NCBI GenBank assembly: GCA_051362555.1 | Contig: CM120645.1 | Span: forward strand, 18,166,001-18,230,000 | Source of the DNA: Lingula anatina | Taxonomy: Eukaryota; Animalia; Brachiopoda | Direction: 5' to 3' | Length of the DNA stretch: 64,000 nt | Shown here: positions 1-15,100 of the stretch, piece by piece | How positions within the stretch are numbered: the stretch's first letter is position 1 | Layout: each line of letters starts with the position of its first letter | The notes under the pieces: model-generated | Databases searched by the model: none | What the model was told of the DNA's origin: nothing | The model's input: only the letters and a program-made list of their open reading frames with translations | Translations under genes and position numbers: made by a program

Positions 1-192
1 TTATTTGTAATATTTGTCACATTCGTCACATGTATTGCAGTAACATGACGCTATGTTCAACACAATGTACTTACAGGCTTGCAAACTTTTGATAGAACAC
101 AGAAAAGGCATATCATGAGATATCTTGTATTCCACTTTGCGTCATATTTCAATAATTCATAAACATTACAGATATCATACATGAATGCTCAC

Positions 193-3100
193 CTCTTTGT
201 TCCGTGTTTGATATAGGGCACACATAAAACTCTGCATTGCCAGGCTTAATGACCTTCACGTGTGCGTGCAATGTCGTATCTAAGGCTCGGTCGCCATGGT
301 TATAGACCTGTCGCACTAGGCCATTTGGGCATTTCCGCATGTCCCATTGACGGCAGCTATATGAGATCTAACCGGTGTAATATGCAAGAAAACATATTTC
401 CTAAGGAAATTTGCAGAATAATTAGACATAAATCTTTAAAGGGTTTGCTTCATGCCGTCAGAATGGCCTGAACGGAACATATTCTTCAGAAAACATGCCC
501 AACTAACGATATCTTTATCCAAATACATAAATTAAAAGCTCATTTTGTAAATTTTTGTCTTTAAAAAACGTCCTATTTGCTCGGCCTGGGAGTTAATGAG
601 CTACGTGGTCACGTGGTCCAATGACCACAATCGAGCCACTGGAGAACAGAGCGTGCTTAGCTGTCAAACTGAGCTGCATTGTCTACCTGTAAGATGACTT
701 CTCTGGCTTCTGAGTTTATACTCATTCAAATCTCTTACCCGAGGGGTCTAAATCCTCGTGAAGCTGTGTAAAACCATTTCCCGTCTAGTCATTTCTTTAA
801 CAAGCATTTCATTATGGTTATCCCAAGTTGTATAAAACACTGCATTTGAATGAGTTAAGGGAAATGTTGATAATTGCATATGAGGTCCATGTTATTTGTG
901 AAATTCAATTTATTTTATTAAACCGCTGACACTCCGTCTTGCATACTTTTATTAAACTGAGGTAAACAATGCCCGTTACCTTTACAAGTCCTATCTTAAT
1001 CATCCATCTAACTGGAACTTCCTTTACCTCTTAATTAGAGGGTTAAATGGCATTCAATTTGTCTTGCTTGTACCGAACGCACTCTCTATCTAAGCTTTAC
1101 TCCAGTTATCTCAGGTAAAAATCTACCTGTGCGTTAGTTACAAAGCGCAGCTCCCGTAGACCTGGGGGTACTAGATAAAATCTGAACACCAGGTTTATCG
1201 AGGAGCTAGAGAAAGAAAGGAAGAATTTTTCCTGCACAACTTCATAGGAATTTTAACACGGACTTGATCCAGCTTAGACCTCCAAACTAACAGGGTGACA
1301 TGGGCAATTTTCACAAACAAATCATAAAACTATATTTCAGTTAACCGCCTTTAAAATAAATATACCGTTCTGGGTAAATTAAAATAGTTATTAAATCGCA
1401 AGAATATTTTTGACTTAAATGATGATTTTATTATTAATGGAAATTAAGCTACTATATGAGGTACATTTGCTGTGATTACGCTGTCCTTCATGTTTTGCGT
1501 AAGTCTACATTTTGCTGTATGTGCTTGTAATCTTTTTAAATATGTGCGTACAATTTTTGCAGGTCTGGTTACCCCCCTGTTATGTGATGAGAGTATAAAT
1601 TTGGCAATTAGTTCCTTAGCTTATTTGAATAGAATTGCAGTGTAAAATTTTCAACAAGATGTTGGCGAAATAGCTCATTACTCTTTGTAGGTATTTCCCC
1701 CGTCAAAGTTTGTCTAAAATTATCTTTCAATCTTTACTCTTTCAAAGACAGTATAAAGTTACCTGACATATTTTCGTGTAAACTTAATGACAAGCCAAGT
1801 GTCTCCAGTTCATTCCGTACTCAATTTTACCCAAGCAAATTTTTTTCTTGAGTAGATCTTTATTGCACGGTGTTATAAGCTTACAAATTTGCAAAAAATA
1901 AAAATTGCGTACTGACGCAGAATTTGCGTTTCAAGTTATAAAATAATCAATCTTTTAAATTATTTAATATTTCAGATGAAATTATCTTCAGAAACATATC
2001 CTCAAAGCATAAACGAATTAGGATAACGAACCATTTTATTATAGCAGATCCCATTTTTTCTTTAATATAACGCTCTTTTTCCTGTTTTTCCTCAACACGT
2101 TTTCTTCCACGGAAGCTTCAAGATACCCTGAGAGCAATTTCTTTTATTAATGTTCGCGACCGTGTTTGAACTTAATTGTTTAAGTATTGATATTTAACGT
2201 CATTTACAAATACCAATAAAATAACCCCATGAAATAAATGAGATATATTGAAAAATATGAAAGCCCACCAAGACGAGTTTCATACCTGTTATTACCTGGC
2301 TTGGGAATTGCAGCGGTGCATAATTAACAGGTTTGTTGTAAACGAGCTTTTGGTCAACTACAATGAATTTAAAATGCATCAGCAATCAGTAAGTTTGCCA
2401 ACTGATGACAGTTAATCTGAAAGACTACCAGCTCTTGATATGATCTAAACCACCTGAGGTGACCATGATCTAGAGCATCGCAACTATTGTCACCGAAGTT
2501 AGTAAGTAAGTCACGGAAGACCGTCACAGACAAAGAAAGATTGTCAACGAGAGCTGCAATTTTGGTGAATCCCACAGCAACACACCGAGGCATAACGAAA
2601 ATTCCTCAACTCCGTTCAACACAACTTTCCTTAACTTCTCCGTCTGTATGCACCATGCAGCTCAGTTGAGTCTCATAGACCTTTATCGTGATTGTCGTCA
2701 CAGTACCACGTGACCCAGATATGTTGCTTCATTTTTGCATATTGAGGTGAGGTTTACTAAAACGCTTTTTTTCTACTAACAGATTGTTTTTATAATTTTT
2801 AAATGGCGGGGATCGATTAAAACATACCTCTAGTGTATAGAATGAGTGCTGTATCTTCAAAATTCGAGAAATGGATTTTTACATGAACATTGTCCTTTAA
2901 TATTCTACATTTATCGGTGAATGGTATGCGTTCAGTTATTAAATATGAAGAAACACATATGTATGTTATTATATAGTGCAGTCATCATTACTTACAAGAA
3001 ATGGCATTTACATATTTACACAAATACTTTACGGAAGGATTATAACGGCACCCAATATAATGTGAAACTGATTGTGGGTTCGTTAATGGTTTATTGTTCT

Positions 3101-6100
3101 TATTATTTTTATTTATATTATATTAAATTATATATATATATATATACTCTCACTCACATCGTCAATGAAGCAGGCCTCCACGTCTCTACACCTGTGGCAG
3201 AGCTCATCATTGGAATACCGTATGGTAGAGTTACGATGTCGGTAGTCACAGCCGATATACTGAATACATTAAATATACGGCATTCATGTCAAAAACGAGA
3301 TGATGGTGATTTAAGCCGTTATCAGTCTTTTCACATGAACCCAATATTTTTTAATCATTCGGAATTGACAGAGTATGGCAACAGAAATAGCCGGAATACA
3401 GTGATCATACAATCCATTTAAAATCTTACTAATACTGTATCAGATCTCAGATTTGTTTAATTTGTTATTAATTTTACATTTGGCACCTAACTGGGACTTT
3501 TACACCCCACAAATTCATTTTCATACTATTAAAATCATGTGTAGCTTCTGCATATGGTAATAGCGTATATATTGTAATAACAAACGTATCATAAAAGCTT
3601 GCTTTAATCAACATACCTCAACTTGACTAGAACATCCCATGTGTGTGTCTACAGAGAAACAGTCGTGATAGAACCATGTTCCACACTGCTCTCTCCACGG
3701 CTGAGACTCGTGACCTGGCAGACATCTTTGTTTGTGGTCACACCACCCACACCCGGGCTGTTCAGTGCAAGATCTACATGTGCTGTACACGGGGCAGTAG
3801 CTTACTGAACAGGCACGGCCCTATGAACAAAAAGGGTCATACAATTGAAAAACTATTTGTCAGTGATAAGATATTACATGTTTTGATAAAGGCATTTTAA
3901 AATTAGTGCACAGTTATTTAGCCCATTTGTCTGCATCATGGTTTGGTCGTGGAAACAGGACCGAACATCTGATATTGTGTACAACAATTTTGCTTGATTC
4001 ATTTATTCAGGATCTTCTTCTAATGAAATTCAATATACGTAACACCATCGAGACAACCTCCTATCCAATGAAGGGTTTACCTGCCAGCCAGGCTGACACC
4101 TGCACTGGTTAGGTCCCACACATGTCCCGTACTGTCCACACTTGTTCCTGTCTCTACAGTGGTACACGGAGCAGTCCTTTCCTTCCCAGCCTCGGTTACA
4201 GTGACATCGTTTATCTTTACCACACCGTCCATTGTAGGTGCAGCCATTGGGACACTCGTTAACTATGGTACATATAGAAGGTTAATGTTGTTTAACGATG
4301 GGGATAGGAAATGTGGAGATACTTTGTAAATACAATGAAAAATACAGTGGAAATTAGGGCATAATAAAATATGATAGCGTACTTCAAACGCAAGCAGCCA
4401 GCTTGAGCATACATGTAGTTGGTCCCTTATGTACATTTGAAAATTAGGTAATGTTATTAGAATGTCATTTATGATAGTTTGTAGTAACATTATTACCTGC
4501 GGACCGTTTACAAATATACGGAGAAAGACTGAAACAATCATCTTTGTAGATATGTGCATTGCCGGCAATACTCGACAAATTGAACAGTGGGCATTTTCCG
4601 TCCTCCTGGAAACCGTTACAAAGATACATACACACAATGGACAATCAGAGTAATCAAAGTAGGTAGATCTTGAGTAGTTATAATGCCTGGTCCACTTATA
4701 ATGTTACTAATGAGTATAAATCGTATTGTTGGTCTTTTAGTGAAATTTGATGTTAATAAAATGATACCAGGAGCATATCATTCTACAGTCATGTATCTCC
4801 CCCAAAGTATTGGTTCAGTAGGGGTGACACTTCTATTGTCCAGTGTGTGTATATGCGAGTAGATAAATCGAAAAATAAAAATATGTATAAACTATGCCAC
4901 ATAATCCAAATTCTCACTACCGTATGTTTATTCCATGTATGTATGTATTTGTTTTATAACATGTATGCTAGCATGTCACATACTACACATTGATATTGTT
5001 AACCTCTTGTTCTGTCTGTATTTCATTTGTCATTGTCAATCTTTTCTATTCAAAACCGGATTGAAGAACACAAAATACCATACCTTATCCCACGTCTCCG
5101 TCCATATGCCAAAACTGCGCTCTCCCACCGCTCGTGACCGTAGTATGCTGATTGCAAAGGCTCGCTCAGACTTCGTAGCAAGATTGACCAACATACTGTA
5201 TTGACCCTTGAACAAAGTAGTGGAAATATATGTAAGCAATCAATAATGTTATCTCACAAACTTCATCAAATATTTGCTACAGTGTATATCCCTCTCGGAA
5301 TACAATATTTATCCTTGTTAGTAGACCAACGACTTGATAAATAAATGTCAATTGCATACCTCACAAGAAGCTCGAGCTTGAGTAAAGTTTTGTGCTCCCC
5401 GACGTACAAGTAACACACCATCTTATTCTGCAGCCAACCAAGAGGACACGAATCTGGAACAGATACATTCTGTATCATCAGCAATTCACCCAAACGATTT
5501 ACCATGAAACCAATGCTGATTGTTTTAGATTTACCAGATAGATACCTGGTTTATAAATATCCCTAGGGCAATTCACATATGGTTTATCAAATTACGTTCA
5601 AAACGAACTTCATTGAGTGTATTTTTGTATTCATTGTAGCCGAGAACCAAACCACCTACCAGAAGCTTCCTGTGGCTCACAACCGCCTCTGCCACACTCC
5701 TGTATTTCCGGATTCCAGACAAGATGGTTTGGGTACATCTTGGGAATAACGCCACCTTCACTGCAACTATAATACCGCCGACAAACTCTGGAGTCGGGAA
5801 TAAACTGCCCTACGGGGCGCTTTGTTATCTGACGGGGGTTATCACCAGGGAAAACGCTGGGCCTTGGAATATAACATAACGAAATATCGTATGATATTGC
5901 CAGTTTTAATGCTTTTATTCAAAGAAATGATAATCATGCCTTTGGAAGCTTAATCCTTTATGTAAATAATTTGGTGAATTTTATGCCAATCCATTCATCT
6001 GTTCAACACCAAAATATTGGTTGATTTGTTTTAATTTACTTGTTATTGTTATTATCATTATCATCAATAGATTTTTGTTATCCTAACAAAATATACCAAA

Positions 6101-9100
6101 AGTAATTCAAGAAATACAATGATGAAATCACATGAAACATTATTAAGTTATCGGATCAACTTTTCATTTAAAATAACCAATAGATATCATGATATAGCAG
6201 AATAAAAATAAAAAAATGCAAATATGACTTGTTTCAGCTACAGGGGTGTCAGTTTTGAAAACATTCTCACCTGTTTGATAAGAAGACATGGAATTGATGA
6301 TTGGGTGTATAGAGACCTCGGGGTATGGGAACCCCGTGCCCCTATCTCGTAGCCTCTGCTTGATCTGCGCATGCTCTGTCAGACCCCACCAGTTGGAAGA
6401 CGCATTCACAGTTGAAGAGGCCCCTTCACTTGTCATCTCAAATATAAATGTACGGTTTTGGAAGACGTTGTCATGGAGAAACGATGATGAGCCACCAGCA
6501 AATATGGCTGCCATGTTGTTTGCTTCTCTTGCAATATTGTAGTATATGATGTTGTCAGTGGTGACGTCACTCATGTTCCTATTGGCTGGCATTGTCCACC
6601 ACATCACATGTAAACCCGTGTTGTTGTAGATGTAGTTGTTTGTGACGGTTCCAGACACACCCTCCAGGTGGATGACATCACTGTACCTATCTCCCTGTCC
6701 GTGTTGTATCACATTCCCATCTATACTGCATTGCTGTGTATGAGGACCGTCTTCTACTTCTACCACCTGAATGCTCTCTTGCTGGGTTGTAAAGAGAATC
6801 TGGTTGCTCCAAACGTTCAACTTATTGTTTTGGAGTCCTGGGGTGGATGCCACCCTGGTTCCCTTCCATGTAATTGTTTGCTAATGTAGCACTGGTGTCA
6901 GCGATATTAAGCCGAATAGCTGCTTTGGAATGTCCAGCTCGATGGGAAGTCGAAAGTCCTTTACTGTGAAATATGTTTTTGTTGATGTTTATATCCAAAT
7001 TACTCTGTCCAAATGTAGTTATGTTAATTCCACCCAGACCATTGTTAAAGAAAGTGTTTTCCTCGATGCCAAAGTTGCCATTTAACCCTAAAAAGCAAAT
7101 CCAACAGTATGCATTATGAAACATGTAAAATATACACGTTTACTTTTATTTTTACATACTGTAAATTTTAAACTCTTTCCATAAGAACTCCTACTAATTG
7201 ACAGTTTTTGTATGAATGACAAATACCACAATGACATGCTACTAGTATGTATATGTGAGAATGTACAGTCTTACCTGTAGATGTGTCGCTGGAGATCTTG
7301 ATACCAAAGACCATGCTTTGCAAACCATATGTGTCCCAGTTACTGGCCCTGCTATATAACCGGATGGTTACACTGGAACTGTTTATTGGAACATCTGAAG
7401 GAAGTGAATCGTTTGTCTGGTCAGCATAAAGAAGTCGCCTTGAGAGAAAAGGATATTTCCAGTTGAAAACGTTGCAGATTAAACTGTACAATTTGGATTG
7501 TGATATTCCGTCCAAGTTCAGAACGTATTGCACGCGTACAATTAAAATAATTTCCTCCATGCTGTTTTCCGTGAGAATAATAAACCAAAGTTCTATTATT
7601 AACAATGAGCATTTTGGAAGTTCTTTCGCAAATATTATGGACCCCATAAACGTCACTAGGCCATCCCACAGATTCTTGTTTGACTCTAGTATTAAGTGGT
7701 ACACTTCTCGGGGAAGTCACAACGGCATTTATCCCAACACCTCTGTTGTTAACAAATCCGTTTCGTTTAATGATGCTAGATTTCACTGCTGGTCCAATTA
7801 GTTCAATACCGTTCAACCTTGACTGGACCACTCGTGAGTTCTGTATGATTACACTGGGGCTGAAAGACTGCACAGCTGCGCCGTACGTGTTTCCTTTGTA
7901 ACCTGCATTAAAAACGACTACAAAGAGCAATTCCGAAGGGCTAGTGCTGACGGCATCTGAAGCAAACACCAATCCTTGCCAATGAGAGCAATTAGCTGTT
8001 TGGTATTGACAGCCAAAGGCAATCCTTTCTCTCTTTTCTCCCCTAGCAACTATCCGTCCCAGAACGAGGATCCCTTTGTCCCTTGCTGGCTTAATCCAAA
8101 CACCAGGTTCAATGAAAACCTCAATGCCGGGCAAAATAGTCCAGTCTTCTTTTAGATAGAATGGAGAACCTGTTGCTTCTAATGTGATGGACTTGTTCAG
8201 CCACCCGCCAAGGACGTTTCCTTGTGGAAGTCCCTCTGTGACGTCGGGAGTGTACACCATCTCGTTCGATATTGACACAAATGGAAGTATTCGCACTTCC
8301 GGTAGATACATGTCGTTGTGTGCGTCATATATACGTTTTCTCACGCAACCGGTATTTTCACATCCCCACGTGTTGTACCTGGCTTCAATGGTGTCTGTCC
8401 ATTTTGAAGCGCGAGTCTTGACATACACCTCTGCCTCCAGGTCCGGGTTTTGAAGCGTGTTGTTTTGAATGCAGACATTTCCATAACCATCTAATACTAG
8501 TGCAGCTGACACTGGGGGCTGTGATGACTGACGTTCGTTGTTGCCGAATGAATAAGTGTTGTTAGCAATGATATTCCCTACCAGTCCAACGTTTGGGGTT
8601 TTGCTTAGGTCATAGGATGTTTTCTCCATATTCATGAAGATGATATTTCTGTAATGGTTACCTAATATATCATTGTTCACGAATTGTATTGTCTTTTCAT
8701 ATCCCCGGTATAAGGTCATTGACCCAGAGCTGTACTCATTGTCTGTGATGTTATTCCCCGATACTGTCATATGTAGAGCACCACCACTGATGTCAAGTAC
8801 ACCCCCCTGTTATCAGTGATTTCGTTATTCAAGAACTGGATGTCCACATCTTTCGGTTGTCTTCCCGGACACTGTACTGTAACAATGTGTTCCTCGTGCC
8901 ACTGATCCTACATCCATCAATGGTTAACTGTTCTCGATTTCTACGGTCAATATAAATTCCATAGTTACTGGAATCTAAGGTTGTATTTTTGATTGAGATG
9001 GCGAAAGATGGTAACAGTTCATTCATTAGGGGGGCATTAGACACTCTATATATCCTAACATCCATTGGTCTGTAGTTTCCCACTATAACTGAGTCTTTAA

Positions 9101-12100
9101 TATCAACACTGACTTGTCCCACATCAGGGTAGTCTGGATGTCTTCTGTCAGTCCGTATTCCATTTGTGTAACCCCCGTATTGACCATATACTGCTGTGGA
9201 GGATCCACTGATTATAACCTAACACCGTTGATGATGAAAACCCGTAATCTGAGGTCCGACCTGGTTGTAAAGGTACCGCATTGTGTAAGCGTATTTATGT
9301 AGTGATAAAATGGCTCCATATCGCCTTCATTGGCCAGATATAATACACCGCAGTCTCTTTTATAGTGAGTAAAGTACCCTGTCATTGACCAACTGGATGA
9401 CCCTGATTGAAACAATACAGCATATGAGTTTATGTCCTCCATCCGTGAATCCCTCAGAGTTGCGCTCAGTGTATATGTTTCAAAGGCGTAGTTATCTATA
9501 TCTGCTATCACCATGTTAGTCATATCTCGCTCTAACCCGTCCTCGTATATTTGTCGAATGCCTCCTCCAGAGGTAAGAATGGCTACGTTGTCAAGGATAT
9601 GTCGGTTGAAATCCACCTGTAAAGAAGGACCTTTTCAGTCATATGGCAACTGGCTGCGCGTAGGAAAATATTCAGAACGGAGCGCGAGCGCTGAGATGAC
9701 GTCGCGGTCGAAATTTTGTTAAATGCGTAACCATCGCAGAAATTCATGAATTTTCCTTAATTGCCCTCATACGTGCTTGTGAAAAATTAAGACATGGTAG
9801 CAGAGTTCACTGCGCGTCTCGACGTGTGCGATTCACTTGCAAGGAAGCAGAAATGAACGAGTTAGAACTCAACGAAATCGGCCAACTGGTCAATTTTGGG
9901 CCGTAGCAACACTGTAACAATTTGAGATTTCTCCTTTATTAGAAATAACGCATCTTAGTAAAGTCCGTAAAAGGTGGCTTTTTTAATAAGAAATATAATT
10001 GTCAAGTTTCATCGAAGTTTATTGTAGCAACTTTTTATGCGAGCTGTTGAAGTGCATTTTTTGACCCTATTCCGCTAGGTGTCAGCCATATTCTGACGTC
10101 ATATTCTCCAATACAAAAGCAAGTGAAGGTCTGAAGATTTAATTAAATTTCGAAAAGTAAAATATTTTTCACTTATTTGCACAATAAAATGGCCTTTTTT
10201 AGTATAATAAATAATATCTGAGGTGTTAAACTAATTTTACCTTCATAGATGTCTTATTTCAAAAGACGGACGTTTATCGGTTTCGCACCTGCACAAAACA
10301 AGCCGAGTGATGCGAATCCTCCTCGAAATTTGCTGCCATAAGTTTAATCTGCACAATTCTGCTTGACCCGGAGTCAAGACCTAATCGTATACCGGCCCAC
10401 GTGGACTCTTGCGAATGCTTGGTGCACACAACTCTGAAGAACGAAGTGCACCTGTATCTTTGCATACCTGTGAAGCAGATATTTTCAAAGTCTGTTTTAG
10501 TCCTAGCACAATTTAGTTTTAACCCCAGTTTAGCCATATCAGAAATCGACCTCATGTACAAAAGAGAAGCATATCCAAGTCGCCTGCATTCTCCGTCCAA
10601 CCATGTTGTCATCATCGGCTCTCTCAATGAAGAATCATAACAAACTGGCAATATATCTCCGTTCTCTTCTCCGTAAAGTTGTCCATAAAACGATGCCGAG
10701 CCATATGATTGCGATGGCCCTCGAAGCAACGAAAATTTACCAAAACCTGTTTTAGCTGTGACATTTTTCGTTGTAGACACCTTTCCCTTGGCGGTAAATA
10801 TGCACCTCTTACTCTCTGTTCCACTGACATTAAGTCTTCCTTCAATGTACATCCCCACAGAATCTTCAAATTCTAAAACTACTCCTGGTTCTATGGTTAG
10901 TGTGGCGTTGGCTGTCACGTTCAGGTCATGTGTCACCGTGTACGGTCTACCAGTGTCTTTAAGAGTAAGGTCGGTGTTAATGCGGCCACCGAGTGTGTGG
11001 GGAGTTAGTGCTGGGTCCACTTCTATAGTTGCTGGGGACAAACTGGAGAGATCAGACGTGATATAGAACGGAGTGTATAGGAACTCAGTTCTCAGAGTGT
11101 AGCGTTTTGTATTATCAATAATCCCCGAGTAAACATCTTGCGGGTTTGATGTTCCCCAGTAATTTCGTGACACATCAAGTGTTCTAAGGACGGAATTCTC
11201 GTGCCAAGCGGCCAGTTGATATTCGACCACAGGTTTTCAAAAATGTTGTCTGTGAATGTGAAACTACTTGGAGCATTTATCAAGACCATTACAGCACCCA
11301 CCCTATGTCTTTTGTTGTCCGTTCTTACATTGTTGTTTCTAAAGTTATTTCCAGTCACGAACAAACTGTAGGCAGAAACACAAAGAACACATTGGGACAC
11401 GTCATTATCGGAAAACTTGTTGTTGAGAATTTGGGAGTCGGTTTCTATTAATAAAGCCGCAGTCCCTTTTGTTTTAGAGACATAATTCTCATTCACCTGG
11501 ACGGTTCTGAGTCTGTATGTTCCACATCTATTACCAGGGCCCAACATCAGGGCGGTTTCGCTTTGGTTGTGAAAGACATTGCCGTACACTACGATGTCTG
11601 TTAGGGCACACTGTCTGGTCCGCGGTACTGATATACCAAATAAATTATCCATCAGGGTGTTGCTTTGAATAATGAAGCTGATTTTATCTCATAATGTCCA
11701 CACTGGGGTGGTGCCAACAAACAAAGCATACATAGAGGAATTAATGAATTCATTATTCTTCACGGTAACATTAATATTCCTCTGGATATGCTCAAAGTAC
11801 ACATGGTTCATGTTATTCATGAAGGCGCTGTCCTGAAGCACAATCGTACCGGATCCCTTACCAACGTACAGATCTGTGTCTGAAGAATGTGCCACGCGAG
11901 TCCCTGATATGCGAATTGGTTGCAGCTGATTCTCAATAAAAATGCCATATCTGGACTTCGTAACTTTGGCGCTATACATTGATAACTCTGTAGGGTGACC
12001 TGAATAAGCTGTAAAAATACATACTTGTTTACATATATTATTTTAAGTTACAATAGCGAAGTCTTGTCAAACATTATCATGAAATATGTATATGCTGACA

Positions 12101-15100
12101 TTATAACAAGCATGAATTACTCGAATCGAGGCACGAAATCATTTTCTTTCAAAAAATTAATGTTAACTTACCGGCAACGGACCGAACTGTAAACATCCCT
12201 TGATATCGTTCGTCAATATTTAGGCTTGAAAATAGCAGCAAGACTGACCCGCCGGTAGTGTAGAGAGGAGACGGCATGTTTACGTCGGCACCGTACATAT
12301 ACACTCTCTCCAGCCGCCGGGAGGACGAACTGTTTCCGTCAAATATATCCAGTATGTTGCTATATGTATTCCGACGTGCCCTAATATATAGTACGCGCAC
12401 CGCCAAAATGTATCCTGGGTTTTGACTTCGAAACACCTATATAATGAAACACAGTGATTTAAAACACGTTATATGAAACAGCGTCGCTTACATATCATCT
12501 ACCCATTTACTTAAATAATTCAACGCTTGAGCTGAATGATTATTTATTCAAAATGTAAAGATGTATGACCAGAAACTTTTGTGTAAAGTTCTTTTTTTAT
12601 TATTTTTACAATATAGGCCACGCGTTGAACAAGTTAATTCTGAAATATGACAAATCAGTGAGCTTTTAAGGTCCAATAAGTATCGAGTGACCTACCTGAG
12701 AACAGGAAGACCTTGACCCCAGATGAAGGTCAGTACTGTCAATGCTGACTATGAGCGGTTCTCCATCAGGAACCGTTGTTTCCGGCAGTTGGCACATCTT
12801 ATAGGAGGGCAGCGGAAATGTCCTGTTGTAATATAAACCTGCTTTATGGGCATTAGAAATCTGGACATTGTCCATTGCCAGGTTACTACCAAAGCTTCTG
12901 AAAGAAACCCCGTTGCCCATGCTGTTCTCAATGTTACTATTGTTGATTGCCGCATGTCCAGTTATATCTCTGAGTAGAACACCATTTCCGATGATATATT
13001 TGTGATGTTCAGGTTATCAAGCACAGGCGGGCTTCCACTAATCGATATGGCTGCAGTATCATTTGAGTGTGTCCTGATGTTAGGAAGACCAGCGAATTCG
13101 ATGTCCACATATTGGAGAGCACTTACTCCTAACACGGAGGAGTTTGTCGCCAGCTCTATCCCAGACCAGTACTTGGCTGTTTCGTTGGGATTCCCACGAT
13201 AACCAGAGTAACCTGAGCACTGCAGCCACACGTCTTGACTGTGAACTGAAAAATTGAACAACATAATGGCATGCATACTATTATGAACTTGAAACAACGG
13301 TATGTGAATGGAACTCAATGTTATTGTTCACAGTTTATTTTGGTTACAGTTGACTCATTTTATACATTTCTGAGAGTTGCTAAGTAATAGGAGAACGACA
13401 ATGACAAAACCATTGGAAGACCACAGAGGGACAGGCGGCATTGGTGGCAGCTATTTCAATTTGTGTTTTTACTCACGACAAATAGATGGTCTAGGAGGTG
13501 GAGAACGAGAAGAAAGTGGACGTCTTTAAAATACTGTTTAACATATCGTATGCAGATCATTGCAGAAAAGATCAAAAGACCAAAGGGATGACTACACAAC
13601 CCTAACGACTACAACAGTAACATTGTAGCATATTGGAATCAAAGACAAGACAAGAGCTCGCCAACAGATTTGAAGAGCTGGGTTCAAACGTTCCAGGTAA
13701 AATATCAAACCTGAAGCCCTTGCAAGATCGACTAAGACCACAACATCTTTTACCTGGAACTAGTGAGGCTTGTGTGCATGAACTTAGATCTTGGCTCAAG
13801 TCCAACAACTTAGTCTTCAATGATGATAAAACTGAATTCGTCCACTTCAACTCTAGGTTTTCCAGAGACAGCACCAAACTAGACAGTATCAGAGTTGGAG
13901 ATTCTGTTATCAAAACAAGCACAGATTTAGAAATATGGGTGTAATTTTCAGCAACCAATGTAACATGGCATCACACATTAACAAAGTGTGTAAATCATCA
14001 TAGTCTGCAACGAATATCTAAGATTTTTCACCTTATTGACAACAAGCAAACAGAGCTACTCATTCATTTGTGACTTCTAGATTCGGTGATTGCAACAGCT
14101 ACTATGATATGGAAAAACAGTTTATTCAGAATTCAGCAGCTCGTCTCTTTTGTAAAACTCAGAAGTCCGACCACATCACACCAGTTCTCCACGGTCTTCA
14201 TTGGTTACCAGTCTCTCAAAGAATAGTTTATACGATCCAGATATAGTTTATCCGATCTCTTGACTTTGAAAAATGTAAAGGGCGACTGTCCATTTTATAT
14301 GAACAATATAATAGAACTTTTAACTCCTTTTGGGACTCTTCGTTCCAGTGGTCAACTTCAACTCAAGCGAAATGATACCAAAAAGACTCTAAAAACATAT
14401 GGTCACAGGAGTTTAGAGATTGCTGCACCAATTTTATGGTCCAATTTTATTAACGAAACATCTGTGTCTTTGAACGACTATTATTACTGTTTTTAAAAAA
14501 ATCAAAACCCTTTTTATTTAAGGAATATTTTGGTTAATTTAATATCTTAGTTTTAAATACTTTTGTGTTAGTTTTTTATTAATCTTTTTTAGTTTTACCT
14601 TTTATATGTAAGTGTAAACAGCGCTGAGACGCAAGTGTAGCGCGGTTTTGAGAAATGTATTATTATTAGTATTATTAACATCACTTATTACGTGAAAAAA
14701 GGGCGATCTGTTTGAAGAAAGACATCTGTTCAAAGATGAGACTGAAGCACTCTTTGAATACAGTATCTCTATTGCTGCTATGCCTCTGAGAGCGCATTCA
14801 GAACAGCGGACTAGGAGTGGATTTAGAACAGATGATTTTCGGACTAACTGATCATCCGACTAATTATGGCAGACCCCAATTAAACGCATAGGAGTAGTTA
14901 GAATTGGACGCCAGGGTTCTTTTTTACGTGATGATTGTGTGAGGATTGTTTGTTTGCTTGTTTGTTTGTTTGCTTGTCTGTCTGTCTGTCTGTTTGTTTG
15001 TTTGTTTGTTTGTTTGTTTGTCTGTCTGTCTGTCTGTCTGTTTGTTTGTTTATTTGTCTGTCTGTCTGTCTGTTTGCTTGTCTGTCTGTCTGTCTGTCTG

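Noticed and set aside
5640-5870. GC-richer intronic segment as a possible structured RNA or SINE
   Set aside because: No tRNA A/B boxes, ribozyme core or tail recognised.
9620-10285. Transposon-like insert filling most of an intron
   Set aside because: CpG-rich and MITE-like, but I could not define convincing TIRs or a TSD.
11689-11691. Selenocysteine recoding of the TGA
   Set aside because: No redox motif context, the 3' UTR is not in the window, and many neighbouring lesions offer a simpler explanation.
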